Below, in pieces: positions 1 to 13,082 of a stretch of 64,000 bases of DNA. This DNA comes from Selaginella moellendorffii (taxonomy: Eukaryota > Plantae > Lycopodiophyta). Position 1 is the first letter of the stretch, and every line of letters begins with the position of its first letter. The stretch covers positions 298,811 through 362,810 of the forward strand of contig NW_003314381.1 in NCBI RefSeq assembly GCF_000143415.4. The letters run 5' to 3'. A program made the translations under genes and the position numbers. The notes under the pieces were generated by a model. That model saw nothing but the letters and a program-made list of their open reading frames with translations, was not told the origin of the DNA and did no database searches.

Positions 1-2341
1 ATAATTTGCCGTCCTTTAGGATGGTGAATTCTTTATTCAATGATGATTATGCATATCTCTTTTTGATAGGATGATTGAAGATCTTTCATGATAGTTAGTT
101 GTTCTTTTTGATAGCTTTTGGCTTTTCGCAATACCACATATTCTTTTTGATTTGCTCTGGATTGGTCTATTGGGTTTGAGACATTAGTAGAATGTTGCTA
201 ACACTTGTTTAAACAACTATAATTCCTTGGTATTATTGACCGGGATCTATTCAAATTGGCTAGTGTGATAGTTAATATGAATGAATGTTTGTTGGTCTTT
301 CCACATTCATTCTGTTCTGTTGATTATTGTTCAAGTTAGTTTTGATAGATTGGAATGTTATTTCCTTTGGGTGATACATTCATGAGCATTTTGCTTGCTA
401 GTTAATGATACTTTATGATCTTTGAGTTATCCTTTATAAGTTGTTTGGCATACTATCTGCAATATTTGATAGTTATGTTTTGTCATTAAGTATCCTTGAT
501 AATACACTAGCTATTGAATTTTGTTGGATGATGAATCCTATATTTGCAAAAATGATGATTTTGGTGGTTCCTATACTCTAATACTGGTTTATCGGATGAT
601 AACTTACTTGGAATACTTTTGTGTTCTAATATAAGATTTATTCACTGATAATTAAGTCTCTAAGATATCATTGTCTTTGACTTTGATATTATCCATCTAT
701 TAATCTTTGGGTTTGGGCTAGTATAAGCAGACTAGCTTTAACACTTCGTGTGCATGGTGAAATCTTTAATCATGGGGTAGCTACTATAGACTGGTCATAT
801 TACCTGCCTCTCTATCGATGTTCCTTATTCCGTTAAAAGGGTGTGACCATGTAAACAACTCTAACTACCTATTTACAGTAGTTTATTTAAACTTTACTGA
901 CATGTTTGGTTTCTTTTGGAGCTTCTGGCTTCTCTCTCTATGTCCCTACAAGCAAAAGCGTACCACACTTTTGTAAGCTGGGTGACACCTAGAGCAGCAA
1001 AGGTGGCTAACTTCGTTAGTCATTCCTTTGTCGGTGACAGTCGGAAGGTGTCTAAGTTGGTAGCACATCCACATTAGACAAAGAGGTTACCCTAACTCAT
1101 TTAAGTTGGTGCATTTCTCATATAATGTGATCACTATGAAAGTTGTTTCCTTGCCGGTGGTCTAAACTCGAGTATGCATTGACAAGAATGTCAATCTTCC
1201 CTAAGGGGGGAGAGTGTCGTGAATGTGATTTCGGGTATCGAAAGTTACCTGTCAGCTAGTCCTTGCGGACACTCTTTCTTTACTACCATAATGGCAGAAG
1301 GTCGATATTGCTAGAACCTTTATCAGTCCCTCTTGTGCTAGTGGAGTTAACTAGGCATTTCAAGTGTATTTAGACCAAACGAGCATAAAGATAGAATTCC
1401 TATGTGTTATTAGTTAAGCATATTTAGCCCGGTAAGGAGTTCCCATCTCGTTATATCTTACATTAGCTAATGACAAGAACTCTCGTATATTGAAATTAGT
1501 CCCTCAATATTGTCGGATGATAGCTTACCGTGTCTGCTAAATACCCTTGCTATCATGCCCTTTGTGTTAATTTCATTTTAGTCCCAAATGCTATTTATAA
1601 AAAGTGTTTAGATTTGTTCATTTGGCATAACTACAAAATGTAGAGATTGTTCTAAACACAATGGTGTTCGTCCCGTGTCCAAATTTGCAATCTAGAGATA
1701 TTATATATTTAGTAAGTTTCAAACTTGTCCCAGAGACTAACTCTTGGTACTAAGGGAGGCTTGGGGTGAAAGCCCAAAGCATATGTTCCTTAGGGGGGGG
1801 GGGATATAGGGGGGTTCCAAATGTATAGTAGGGATAGTGGGTAAGTCAGGCATGGTTGACTAACCTAAGGCATAGTTTAGCTCTTGCTTGCATGCCTATC
1901 TTTGTTCTACGTTCGGCTTGGGTCTAAACTCAAGTTCCATTCCATGCTAGTTAGTGGAGTACTCATATCCTCACATTAGGCCATTGGTATGCTGAAATAA
2001 CACTAAATTCCATTTGGCTCTGTTTTTGCTGGTCCTAGCATTGGGATACTGGACACTCTAGGATTGTTCCAAGTTGCTCTATGCTCCTGTCCCTTTGCTC
2101 CTCAAGCTATATGCTTGGGAATTGTTCCATGCTCTAGTGCTATTGCTCTTTATCTCCATGCTTGGGAGTTCGGCTCTGTTCTTTTGTTCAGTGGCCTAAG
2201 GCTCTGAAACTCAAGTTGTCCTATAGACACGTGGCATGTAGCGTGGCATGTGACATGGCACATGGAGGGTTTAAATTCCGCTTCATGGTTATCCTATGGT
2301 AAAACACCATAGGATAAAGGGTTAAAACCATGTGCACTACA
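1..2341 (+). mobile_element. 3' remnant of a decayed LTR retrotransposon (internal region, PPT, putative 3' LTR 1215-2341)
   Basis: Hairpin ATTGACA-AGAA-TGTCAAT (1178-1195), PPT AAGGGGGGAGAG (1203-1214), then TGTCGTG...CACTACA (1215-2341, imperfect terminal inverted repeat). Shares GGGTGAAAGCCCAAAGC...GTATAGTAGGG with the LTRs of E1-E4. No partner LTR in the window. Confidence 0.55.
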
Positions 2342-4148
2342 CCTTTGCACCTAACTTCATTGATAAGGAAGCCTTGAACCTAGTCAACCCAAGCCAATAA
2401 GAGATAATTAATTTCACAAAAATGGAGCAATGGCTTACTTAATTTTACATGATTTGCTAAACTTGAAATGGACCAATTCACTTGCCACACCACTATGAAA
2501 GATAATTTTACCCCATTATCTACCACAAACAACACAAACCCTATACCCAAATTATCCAAAGTTTGCAATGGTCTCTTTTAAATCCAAACTTGCATCTATA
2601 GACATATTGCAATTGCAAGCTTGCAAAGTCTATTTACTTGCTTTAGATACCATGATCAAGGCTTGGACTCTCCATAAATTTTATAACTTAAGCAATTGCC
2701 CTATATAATCAAAACTCTATAAGCAAAGGAATCAATCTCTTGCAATCCATCTTTCATGGTCCATATCCATTTACATAAAAAGTACTAAAGCAAACCAAAT
2801 GTTGCCAGCAAAATTCTATAAATTTCAGACTATATATTCTAAATTATAATCAAAATAATCTCATATGTAATACTAGACATTGCCCAGCATGGTTGGCAAA
2901 GTTTATTTGATTCACATATTATCAATAATCTCTTACTGGATCTCTAGGGCAACATCCAAATCCACATAGCTTTTCTAGCACTAATTGTGACATTTAGGAT
3001 CTGCATAAAGCAAATATAAAGCTTGGAGGAAATGCCTTTTGAAACTATAAAACATGTCATGATATCCTCACAACCTAGATTCTCACCATTTACAGCACCT
3101 CACTATTGTCTATACCAAGCAACTTGCATATAAGGGGCAAACTTTGCCCTAATATCCTTCCAGTTCAAAGCTATAAGATGACTAATGACTTTTATAATTA
3201 ATTATATGTTCACATCTTGATAAATTACAAATTGGACACTGAGTTTGAACTAGAGCAAGTAAACTAAAGATTATGAAGAGTTGAAAGCACATATATGCTC
3301 AGGAATCCTTCTCTTGCCATGGAGTGCTGATATTAAGCTTAAGAACCTGTGTCATAGCAGCTTGACTTGAGGCAATAAGTAGAAAACATAATGTGGTTAT
3401 TCACAGAGGCAATTGGCAAAAGCAAGTGCAATAGCAACATGCCCAGCTCACTTAAGACTGGACAATATTTTAGCTAGAGCTAACAATCTTGTTTACTGTC
3501 CCACTACCATGAAATTCCTAATTCAAACATTGACCTTAAGTTCATATGAAGATTGACATGTGCATTTGGAATACGATCACCAACTTTGTTTAGCACTCTT
3601 CACAAGCCAACACCTTAATGCATATTTGTATGGTTGAAATTAAACTTTTAATTCACAACTTTCCTTGCAAATCCATGAAGCACTATCAATCTTGCATGAA
3701 TCCCAACCTTCACTCCAAGCCATTGAGAATTGAAGGAGTGGCCCTACTTAGTGGAAGTGGAATTGAGATTGAGGAAGCAAAAAGTGGCATTTTGATTCTT
3801 AGCATATCACATGTGTTAAATTTCTCAGAACACAACAATCATTGGCCAAAACAAAACAACCTCAAAATATTTCAATAAGACATAGTTAAAGAAATAGCTT
3901 TTTGACAAATACCCCCCCATCCAACAGCTGCCATTTGGATCTAATGGCCTAAAAAGTTGGGCAACTCATCTCTCTTTAGTGCCAGAAGTATTTATTAGTT
4001 AAACTAACTACATCATATTAATTTGGTTTGCTTAAGCAAATCAGTGAGTGAGTGGATATACATAAAATATGTTTATAATTTAGAAATTTTCCTAAACACT
4101 TCTTAGTATATTCTAGATTATTCTACCATCAAATGGGATTAATCTTGT

Positions 4149-4201
4149 GTTTATAAATTATAAACATGTTTATAATTATAAACATGTTTATAATTATAAA
4201 C
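4149..4201. repeat. AT-rich tandem array of 16-bp palindromes GTTTATAATTATAAAC
   Basis: Three units joined by AT (first unit has one extra A). Related motifs occur at ~12680-13076. Confidence 0.8.
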
Positions 4202-4226
4202 TTCCATTAAGATCAATAAATTATTA

Positions 4227-5050
4227 TTAAAATCTATATTTCATATTGTACAAGAAAAGAAATAGGGATTGTATGATAAAACGTCTAGAATCCTTATCAA
4301 ACAATGCATCTGAACGGTCAGCACAGAGAAACTTTTTGGAATGGAATTTCTTCACCTTAGTGATAAATGTAGGCTTTTTACCTTCTTTGATGCAATCAGC
4401 CAAAGTTTTTCTCATGCTGATGAGATAAAACCAGTGGTACAGGTCCCAGGTCATAGAGCTCATGTAGCCTTTCATTTGTATTGCAGCTATGGATTCTGCC
4501 ACGAGTTGAGCTTGAGGATTATGACTTCTGAGTTGAAGATGATCAGAGGTTTTGTCTTCAGTAGCTACCGTGATCACTTCATCTTCCACACACGAATCTG
4601 AACTTACTTCCTTTTGGCCGTCTAACATCTGCAGTGGAATGGTGACTCTAGTCCTTATAGAGGAACCATTCCTGTCATAATCTAAGAACTCCAACAACCT
4701 CCCACCTCGATGGCACAAGACTCATGTCTCTGGTGAGCTCTAGTGGCAGAGATGATGTCCTTCACAAGTAATTCTACAACACGAGACCTAAATGAGATCT
4801 CTGCAGTAGATAAGCTCAGATAAACGTCTAAAAGATCCAGATCTAAAAACTCTTGAACTTCCTCTGCAACGACGGTGCATGGTGGTTCACCAAAGAATTC
4901 CTCGAAGGACCTAACTTCTGTGATCTCGAATTTAAAGAAACCCACTTCCCTGTCGACCCAAGAAGATCCCACTCCCTTGCCCTTGCCTGACTCTTTCCTT
5001 TTCCTCATAGGGTTCCTTTTAGGGTTTGAGCAAATTTCTTTTATAGGCAC
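4227..5050 (-). pseudogene. Disrupted paralog of the PD-(D/E)XK-like ORF at 49250-50290
   Basis: ORFs 4682-5050 and 4227-4718 match the 346-aa protein. Frameshift near 4700, loss of the GIVFVGTLP segment, fewer N-terminal repeats. Confidence 0.9.
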
Positions 5051-5489
5051 AATCCACTCCAGTAATCTGAACTCCTTTTGCCGAGGTACGGTGTTTCGCC
5101 CAGTTCCTCGAGTCTGTCAGTGGTCTGTCACTAGCGAAGATGGAGTTCTTTTTGCTAGGAACTCATTGTGCTGGTGAACTTGTCTGATCGAGGGGAACTG
5201 AACTCCCTTCATTGCTGCAGCGGGACATCGTTTCCTTGGTTTACGTCCCAGCGAGGGATTCTCAATCGAATGCCGTGTGGGATATTCTCACCTGGACACT
5301 TGCCCACTCAGGGTGTAGCGCGCCAGATGCTTGTTTGGCGGAAACAACCAACTCAGAAATCTCTGAGCACTCTTTGGCCGGCAAGGTTTCTTCCGCGATG
5401 GATATCTTTCAAAAATTGTTGGAGTTTCTTGATTACCTCTATAGGGAATTTGGCGTTAATGCCCGTGGCTCAGAACATCTGATTTGACA

Positions 5490-6250
5490 ATGATAAAAGT
5501 TTTTAGAATACTCTTCACAGATGACTCCTTTGCTATGATCATGCAAAAGTATCCGGCTTGGACCATCTTCTATAAATCTTTTCTTTTGAGTGTTTTCCAG
5601 GTACATAAACTCAGGTTTATGTGAGAGTGCGACAATGTGATCCAAACTTCTTGATCAAGAAAAGCAGTGGAAGGCTGTGATCGATCATCCGTAGGGATTG
5701 CTGTGCGTAGCAATGGAGTTGTGACGAAAAGCACGCTGGAAAGTAAACCAAGCTTCGGAAGGGACACAAGTTATCCGGAAAGCACTATTTTGCTCATCTT
5801 TCCAGAGGGGACTTGCAAGAACAAGGAGGACATTGTGATGTTCAAGCAGGTTCATGATTTCTCCAGGCAGTTCTTATTTCCTTGCGCTCGATTTTGCAGA
5901 TTGTATTCGAACTGGATTTCACTGTCTGCCCCGTTGCTATCAAAGTAAAACAAAATAATTGTCCACGCTAAGTTTATACTTTTCATCTCGATTGACTTTC
6001 AGTTTTTTTTTTTCGTTTAGCTGAAGCTGATGTCGTCCTGGGTAGTCGTTTGCGATGTCTGGTATGTGGAGCCACAAATAAACGATGCACCAATAGGATT
6101 CTCGGAGAAGTATGTAAAGAGCATTCTTCTTCGACATATATTTAAATTTATATCCTTTCAGAGTTTGCGATAGCGAAACGAGCTGAAGTTACGAAAGTCG
6201 CTTGAAATACTACGTCCAAGCTCGAAACTTACAGAAGAAGAAGAACAGCT
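5490..6250 (+). pseudogene. GPAT9: 3' fragment of a GPAT9-type glycerol-3-phosphate acyltransferase gene (intron-containing, disrupted)
   Basis: Translated pieces QMTPFAMIMQKYPAW, LLIFPEGTCKNKEDIVMFKQ, VFELDFTVCPVAIK, LKLMSSWVVVCDVWYVEPQ and RPSSKLTEEEEQ follow plant GPAT9 (FPEGT acyltransferase motif) in order, separated by GT-AG-type gaps. No N-terminal half. Confidence 0.8.
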
Positions 6251-7119
6251 CATCGTGGTGCCATTGGAAAATGTAAGATTCTTGCTTTGTTTTCTCTAAA
6301 TTTTGCGTGAAAGCCTGTAGCCTACGCGTTTTTCCTCCACGGGCCAGAAACTCCCCTAGATAATGCTAAGAAGATTAAGAACAAAGACAAATTCATGGAA
6401 TGATCGACGTGGTTTTTTTTTCTTGCTTTTGTTTTTGTTTCGAAGAAAGCCAATGCCGAATAAAAAATCTCCGCTCCTCTCATGTGCAATAATGGGCCGG
6501 CTTGGACCAGATGAGAAATGAAGGCGACGAAGAACCGAATCCTTTCTTTTGACCAAAAATCCGCACGCGCTTGCGACGTTTGTGTGTTTATTCTTCGTAG
6601 CGAGACATGAGTCAAGGACCGTTTGATACTGGGAATCGAAATGGTGACGGCCTTGGCCACTGTGTCCCAAACTCTTCGTACAACGCGCAAGAATGCCACC
6701 GTACCGCCTTGCTATGGCGCTTGTATTGTTTTTGTTCCTGACGTGACATGGTTTGGTGAGTAGATGCCAGACGTACTTGCCACGTGGCCCTATGTCCAGT
6801 CATACGGCCCGCCCGGCATTATGGCTTCCCAGGCAATCTGATCCTGTCACCAAAAAGTTGAGTCTGGGACATTAGGTGGCAAGCGGCGTCAATTCTGCCG
6901 TGTGCTAACGGAGGAGCTCGTCGTCGCCACTACGGCTAGAGGCGACTAAAGGTAGGGCGATGATCGATCGATCGATCTTTCTGTGACCGAAATATTGAGA
7001 CGAAAATTTCAAGAAGGAGACTATCCTTCGTTACTATACCTTTATTCTAAAAAGAATAAAGAGAACAGGTTATTTCTAGGCCGCAAAGAAATTCTAGCAT
7101 AAGGACAGGAACCACATCA

Positions 7120-9531
7120 ATGGATGGATCCAGAGGAGGTGGAGAAGGAAGTGGAGCCGATGGATCATCTGGCGGTGGTGATCCTCCTCCGTCCCCTGAC
7201 GGATCATCTGGCGGTGGAGATCCTCCTCCTTCCCCTGACGGATCATCTGGCGGTGGAGATCCTCCTCCTTCCCCTGACGGATCATCTGGCGGTGGAGATC
7301 CTCCTCCTTCCCCTGACGGATCATCTGGCGGTGGAGATCCTCCTCCTTCCCCTGACGGATCATCTGGCGGTGGAGATCCTCCTCCTTCCCCTGACGGATC
7401 ATCTGGCGGTGGAGATCCTCCTCCTTCCCCTGACGCTGGCGCGGAAATTCTTCCATCTCCTCCTCCTCTGGCCTCAACTTCGGAAACACCAAGTACTAAC
7501 AATGGTGGTGGAAACCCAACGACTAGTGACAGCAGCGGCAGCGGCGGCATTCCCATTGGCGCGATTGTGGGGATTGCCGCGGCCGGGATTTTGATCTTGA
7601 TCGTGCTCGCGCTGGTGGTTTGCTGCCTCCGAAGGAAGTCCAAGAGGAAGTATAGACGAGATGACCACGAGTATGGATCAGACCAATGCAAAGCTGGTAA
7701 AGTTTCTTCCTCTCTCTTTTGCTTGCGTGCTTTTCTTCATCTTTGGTTTTCAAGCTATCTCAAGCTATCTCTTTTTGCTTGAGTGCTTTGCTTCTTGATA
7801 ATGTTCGCCAGCTTTAGGGAATGCAGGCGACATGAATTCTAAAAGTTTTCTTGCGTGTTCCAGAGATGGATGAAGCCGGCAGGACACCAAGACCAGATCA
7901 TTATGACCACAAGCCTCCTCCGCCGCCACCGTCGCCGCCACCACCGCACTACAGTAGTTCGGGAAGACAGGATTCCTGGGGGCAACCACCACCGCCCGGT
8001 ATGAGCCCGAGCATGGGTAGCTCCAGGTCGTTGTTCACTTACGAGGAACTTGAGGCAGCGACTGCTGGATTCTCCAGGGCCAATCTTCTCGGCGAGGGTG
8101 GGTTTGGATGTGTATACAAGGGGTTTCTCCATGGTGGTCAGGTTGTAGCTGTGAAGCAGCTTAGAGTTGGAAGCAGGCAAGGAGAGCGTGAGTTTCGAGC
8201 TGAGGTTGAGATTATCAGCAGAGTTCATCACAGGCATCTGGTTTCGCTGGTTGGATACTGCATTGCGGATGCTCAGAGGCTGCTGGTTTACGATTTCGTG
8301 CCGAATGGAACGCTGGAGCATCACCTGCACGGTACAAGTTCTTGTCCGTGTTTTTCCTTGTTCTCAGTCTCGTTTTCTCTCTTGTTTTTTCAGGTGAAGG
8401 TAGAACCGTGATGGATTGGCCAACGAGATTGAAAATAGCTGCTGGTTTTGCTCGTGGACTTGCATATCTTCATGAAGACTGTAAGATCTCTATCTCTCCG
8501 TTGGAACTTAATCTAAAAGTTATTCGTTCTTGCAGGCCATCCTCGAATCACATAAAGTCGTCTAACATTCTTTTGGATAACAATTTTGACGCTCAGGTTT
8601 GTTGTTACATATTTGCTCACTTGCTTTCAATTGTAACGCTTGTCCATTACAGGTTTCTGACTTTGGGCTTGCGAAGCTCGCTTCTGACACTTACACACAT
8701 GTCACTACTCGAGTTATGGGAACCGTCGGGTAAGGACATGAGTCATGACCAACCAATATATCATTTTTCCATCTGAATTTTTCAAACTTCCAGGTACCTT
8801 GCACCTGAGTACGCCTCCACAGGAAAACTGACGGAGAAGTCAGACGTGTACTCCTTCGGAGTCGTCCTATTGGAACTTATAACAGGAAAGAGGCCTGTAG
8901 ATACCACGCAACCTGTGGGAAAAGACAGTTTGGTCGAATGGGTGAGTGTTTGCAAAACCTCATCCCTGGACATACTAAAACTTATTGCCTCTTTCAGGCT
9001 CGGCCATACCTCATGCAGGCTATCGAGAAAGGCCACCTCGACGGCATAGTCGACGAAAGACTAGCAAACTACAACGAGGACGAGATGCTACGAATGGTCG
9101 AGGCAGCTGCAGCCTGCGTTCGACACTCAGCCAGCGAACGCCCAAGGATGGCAGAGGTTTGTTTGCCTCTTTTGTTTTCTCGAGCAACTACTAAACTCCT
9201 TGCATTTTTCTTTCAGGTTGTCCCCGCTCTAAAAAGCGATATCTCCGACCTCAACCAAGGAGTAAAGCCAGGCCACGGCTCGAACTTCACGAGTGCGGAC
9301 TACAATAGCAACCAATACGCCTCGGACATGAAAAGGTTCCGAAAGGTGGTGTTTGGAAGCCAAGAACACGGTGGCCCGCCGACGAGCGATCCCTCGGTGT
9401 CGAGCAGCGAAGGGATGAGCAGCATGGAGATGGAGAGGCGGCGGGCTGGGTTGCTTGGGAGCTCGGACACGACGAGTTCCAGTGAAATCAATGCCAACAC
9501 CAACAGCAGTAATCGTCTCAATGGCGGGTAA
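7120..9531 (+). pseudogene. PERK: PERK-family receptor kinase paralog with a repeat-built ectodomain and a 10-bp deletion removing HRD
   Basis: TM helix [23 protein letters not shown] and kinase exons ([33 protein letters not shown]). Against the 52-kb copy, TTCATCGGGA is missing between 8550 and 8551, losing HRD and shifting frame. Confidence 0.85.
7159..7431 (+). repeat. 39-bp coding minisatellite x7 (DGSSGGGDPPPSP)
   Basis: Unit GACGGATCATCTGGCGGTGGAGATCCTCCTCCTTCCCCT; units 2-7 appear identical. Confidence 0.95.
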
Positions 9532-9619
9532 AATTTCGAGAAGAAAGATCACAGGGAAGAAGAGAAGATTTTTTTTAATTACTACGTTGTCTCGTTTGCA
9601 TAATATATTTTATCGATGC

Positions 9620-10236
9620 TTGGCCGCGATGGCCGGCCTTGTGTGCCTCGGTTCTTTGCAAGGCTGGGGAGAAGAAAGCCGCGCGGTTCGTCCAGAAGCA
9701 GCAGATGATCTCCAGCCGCGAGGCAGCGGCCGAGGCGGATTATGGCAAACAGCCATCCCTCGGCTCTCGATCGGTGAGTTTCTTGGAGCTGGGAAGGGAT
9801 TTCGGCTGAGGTTTTCGTTCTAGATCATGTGACTGTGAGCTTTGCGAGGAGTGGAGGTGCTGGCGGCCAAAATGTGAACAAAGGTGTGATTCTTTTGGTG
9901 TTTTGGGGGCTTTCGTGATCGAATTCTTTTCTGTTTGACAGTGAACACGAAAGTGGACATGCGATTCAATGTGATGAACGCGCATTGGCTCCCTCTCCAA
10001 GTGAGGAACAAGCTGCTTCAAACAATTTGTCACGATCTTTGAAATGTGAGACGTCTAGTAGTTTGGAATGAGTTTTTCTATACTAATTCCACGGTTTCGT
10101 GAACAGGAGAAGAACCGGATCAACAGCAACAGGTGAATTGGTCATTTCGAGGAAACGTCGATGATCCTCTAGCTAAATTGCAGGCAGGTTTTCATCGTGC
10201 TTTGTTTCTTCAGTAACTATCGTTTGTTTCTTCTCC
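9620..10236 (+). pseudogene. ICT1: Truncated paralog of the ICT1/ArfB peptidyl-tRNA hydrolase gene
   Basis: Exons FARSGGAGGQNVNK, VNTKVDMRFNV and EKNRINS match 55099-56037. Deletion near 10149; last exons missing. Confidence 0.85.
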
Positions 10237-11033
10237 CAAGGTTTCTTCCGCGATGGATATCTTTCAAAAATTGTTGGAGTTTCTTGATTACCTCTATAAG
10301 GAATTTGGCATTAATGCCCGTGGCTCAGAACATCTGATTTGGTTCCACAATGATAAAAGTTTTTAGAACACTTCTTCACAGATGACTCCTTTGCTATGAT
10401 CATGCAAAAGTATCCTGCTTGGGATGGTGAGCTAACCATCTTCTATAAATCTTTTCTTTTGAGTGTTTTCCAGGTACATAAACTCAGGTTTATGTGAGAA
10501 TGATCCAAACTTCTTGATCGAGAAAAGCAGTAGAAGGCTGTGATCGATTATCCGCAGGGGATTGCTGTGCGTAGCAATGGAGTTGAGACGAAAAGCAAGC
10601 TGGAAAGTAAAACCAAGCTTCAGAAGGGATGCAAGCGATCCGGAAGACACTATTTTGCTCATTTTTGCAGAACAAGGAGGACAATGCGATGTTCAAGCAG
10701 GTTCTTGGTTTCGTAGTTTCTCCAGGCAGTTTTTATTTCCTTGCGCCCGATTCGGCAGATTGCATTCGAACTGGATGTCACTGTCTGCCCCACAAGATAA
10801 TTGTCCACGCGAAGTCTATACTTTTCATCTCGATTGACTTTAAGTTTTTTCTTTCCGTTTAGCTGAGGCTGATGACATCCTGGGTATTTGTTTGCAATGT
10901 CTGGTATGCAGAGCCACAAACAAACGATGCACCAATAGGATTCTTGGAGAAGCATGCAAAGAGCACATAACTTTATATTTATATTCCTTTTAGAGTCTAC
11001 AATAGCAAAACGAGCTAAAGTTACAAAAGTTAA
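10237..11033 (+). pseudogene. GPAT9: Second copy of the GPAT9 fragment and its upstream segment (homologous to 5382-6199)
   Basis: Close similarity to 5382-6199 with further deletions (PEGT motif disrupted). Confidence 0.8.
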
Positions 11034-13082
11034 AGTGATCATTCATTGCTCTCTTCATACTTGTTCCTACTTCATTAGGATTTCCACTTTTGCTCTTGAC
11101 TTTATGGCACACTTTTGGCTCTACTTTTGGTCTTAGAGATTTATGTTTGACATGTTGTTTCTGCATCTAAATTCACAATCTAACATCATTTCATAGTTAA
11201 TAAATTTTATGATTGTCCCATATAATAGGGATAGTGTGTAAGTCAAGTATGGCCAATTAATCTAAAGTATAGTTTAGCTCTCACTTGTTGTCTTTGTTTT
11301 ACATCTGTCTTGGGTTTAAGTTTAATATCCATACTATGCTATTTTGTGGAGTATATATATCTTTGCATTAGTCCACTAATATACTGAAATAACACTAGAC
11401 TTCATTTGATTATGTTTTATGTGTTAGTTCTGGCATTAGAATGTTAGAAACCTTAGGACTATATCAAGTCACTTCTCATAAGTTGCTTTTTACTCCAATT
11501 CCTTTACTCTTTCGCTATATGCTTAAGTGTTTAGCTCTGTCCTTTATTCAGTGGCTCAAGGCTTTGAAGCTCAAGTTCCATTTTGAGGGTAGCATCCAAA
11601 TCCATGCAACTTTTCTAGCACTAATTGTGATGTTCAGGATCTGCATATAGCAAGTATTAAGTTTAGAGGAAATGCCTTTAAAACTATAAAACACATCATG
11701 ATATCCTCACAACTTAGATTGTCACCATTTGCAACACCTCACTATTGTCCATACCAAGCAGCTTGCTTTGCCCCAATATCCTTCCAAATCAAAGCTGTAA
11801 GATGACTATGAATGATCTAATGACTTTTACAATCAATTATATGTTCACATTCTGATAAACTACAAATTGGATACTAAGTTCGAGCTGGAGCAAGTAAATT
11901 ATAGACTATGAGTTTAGCCAAGAGTTGAAAGCATATATATGCTTGGGACTCTTTCTCTTGCCATGAAGTGCTGATATGAAGCTTAAGAACCTGTGTCATA
12001 GCAGCTCAACTTGAGGCAGCAAGTAGAAAACATGGTGTGGTTATTCATGGAGGCAAATGGCAAAAGCAAGTGTAATAGCAACATGCCCAGCTCACTTAAG
12101 ACTGGAAAATATTTTAGCTAGAGCTAACAATCTTGTTTACTGTCCCACTACCAAGAAATTCCTAATTCAAACATTGACCTTAAGTTCATGTGGAGATTGA
12201 CATGTACCTTTGGAATCTGATCACTAACTTTGTTTAGCACTCTTCACAAGCCAGTTCCTTAATGCATTTTTGTATGGTCAAATTTAAATTTTAATTCACA
12301 ACTTTGTGTGCAAATCCATGGAGCACCATAGCCATCAAGAATTAAGGGAGTGGCCCTGTTTAGTGGGAGTGGAATTAAGATTGAGGAAGCAAAAAGTGCC
12401 ATTTTGATTCTTTCCAAATCTGCATGTCACATATGTTAAATTTCTCATAATACAACAATCATTGGCCAAAACAAAACCTTATCAAAATATTTCAATAAGA
12501 CATAGTTTAAGAAATCAGAGTACCCCTCCATTTGGATTTAATGGCCTAAAAAGTTGGGCAACTCAGTGCCAGGTATAAAAAGTATTTATTAGTTAAACTA
12601 ACTATAGTTTCCACATACTAATTATTGCCAACATTTTTGGTTTGCTTAAGCAAATCTGTAAGGGGAGTGAGTGGATATACATAAAATATGTTTATAATTT
12701 ATAAATTTTCCCAAAGATGTCTTAGTATATTCTAGTTTATTCTACCATCAAATGAAATTTATCTTTTTTTTGTTTGCTTAAGCAAGGTAATTGATATACC
12801 TAAAAATATTCTACCATCTAACAATTGTTATTCATTTAGATTAATTTTGTATTTATAATTTATAAATATGTTTATAAATTATAAACTTGCTTAAACACTT
12901 TCTAGTATATTCTTTTTTATTCTACCATCTTGCAATAAGATTAATCTTGTGTTTATAAATTATAAAATTTTATTTGATCAATTAGATTAATAAGTAAGTA
13001 TAACATTACTATTAAGCAAACCAAGCATTGCTACATGCAACACATAAAAATTATAAACATATTTATAATAATAAACTTCCAT

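Larger units (their letters stand above)
1831..10236. repeat. Copy A of a local tandem segmental duplication; copy B = 11228-13082 + 49190-55810
   Basis: Co-linear homology: AT-rich block (1831-4210 vs 11228-13082), nuclease-like ORF, GPAT9 fragment, PERK and ICT1 in the same order and orientation. Copy A genes are disrupted. Confidence 0.9.

Noticed and set aside
2342-3900. Possible decayed minus-strand gene or TE in the AT-rich duplicated block
   Set aside because: Translated pieces contain stops and matched nothing I recognise.
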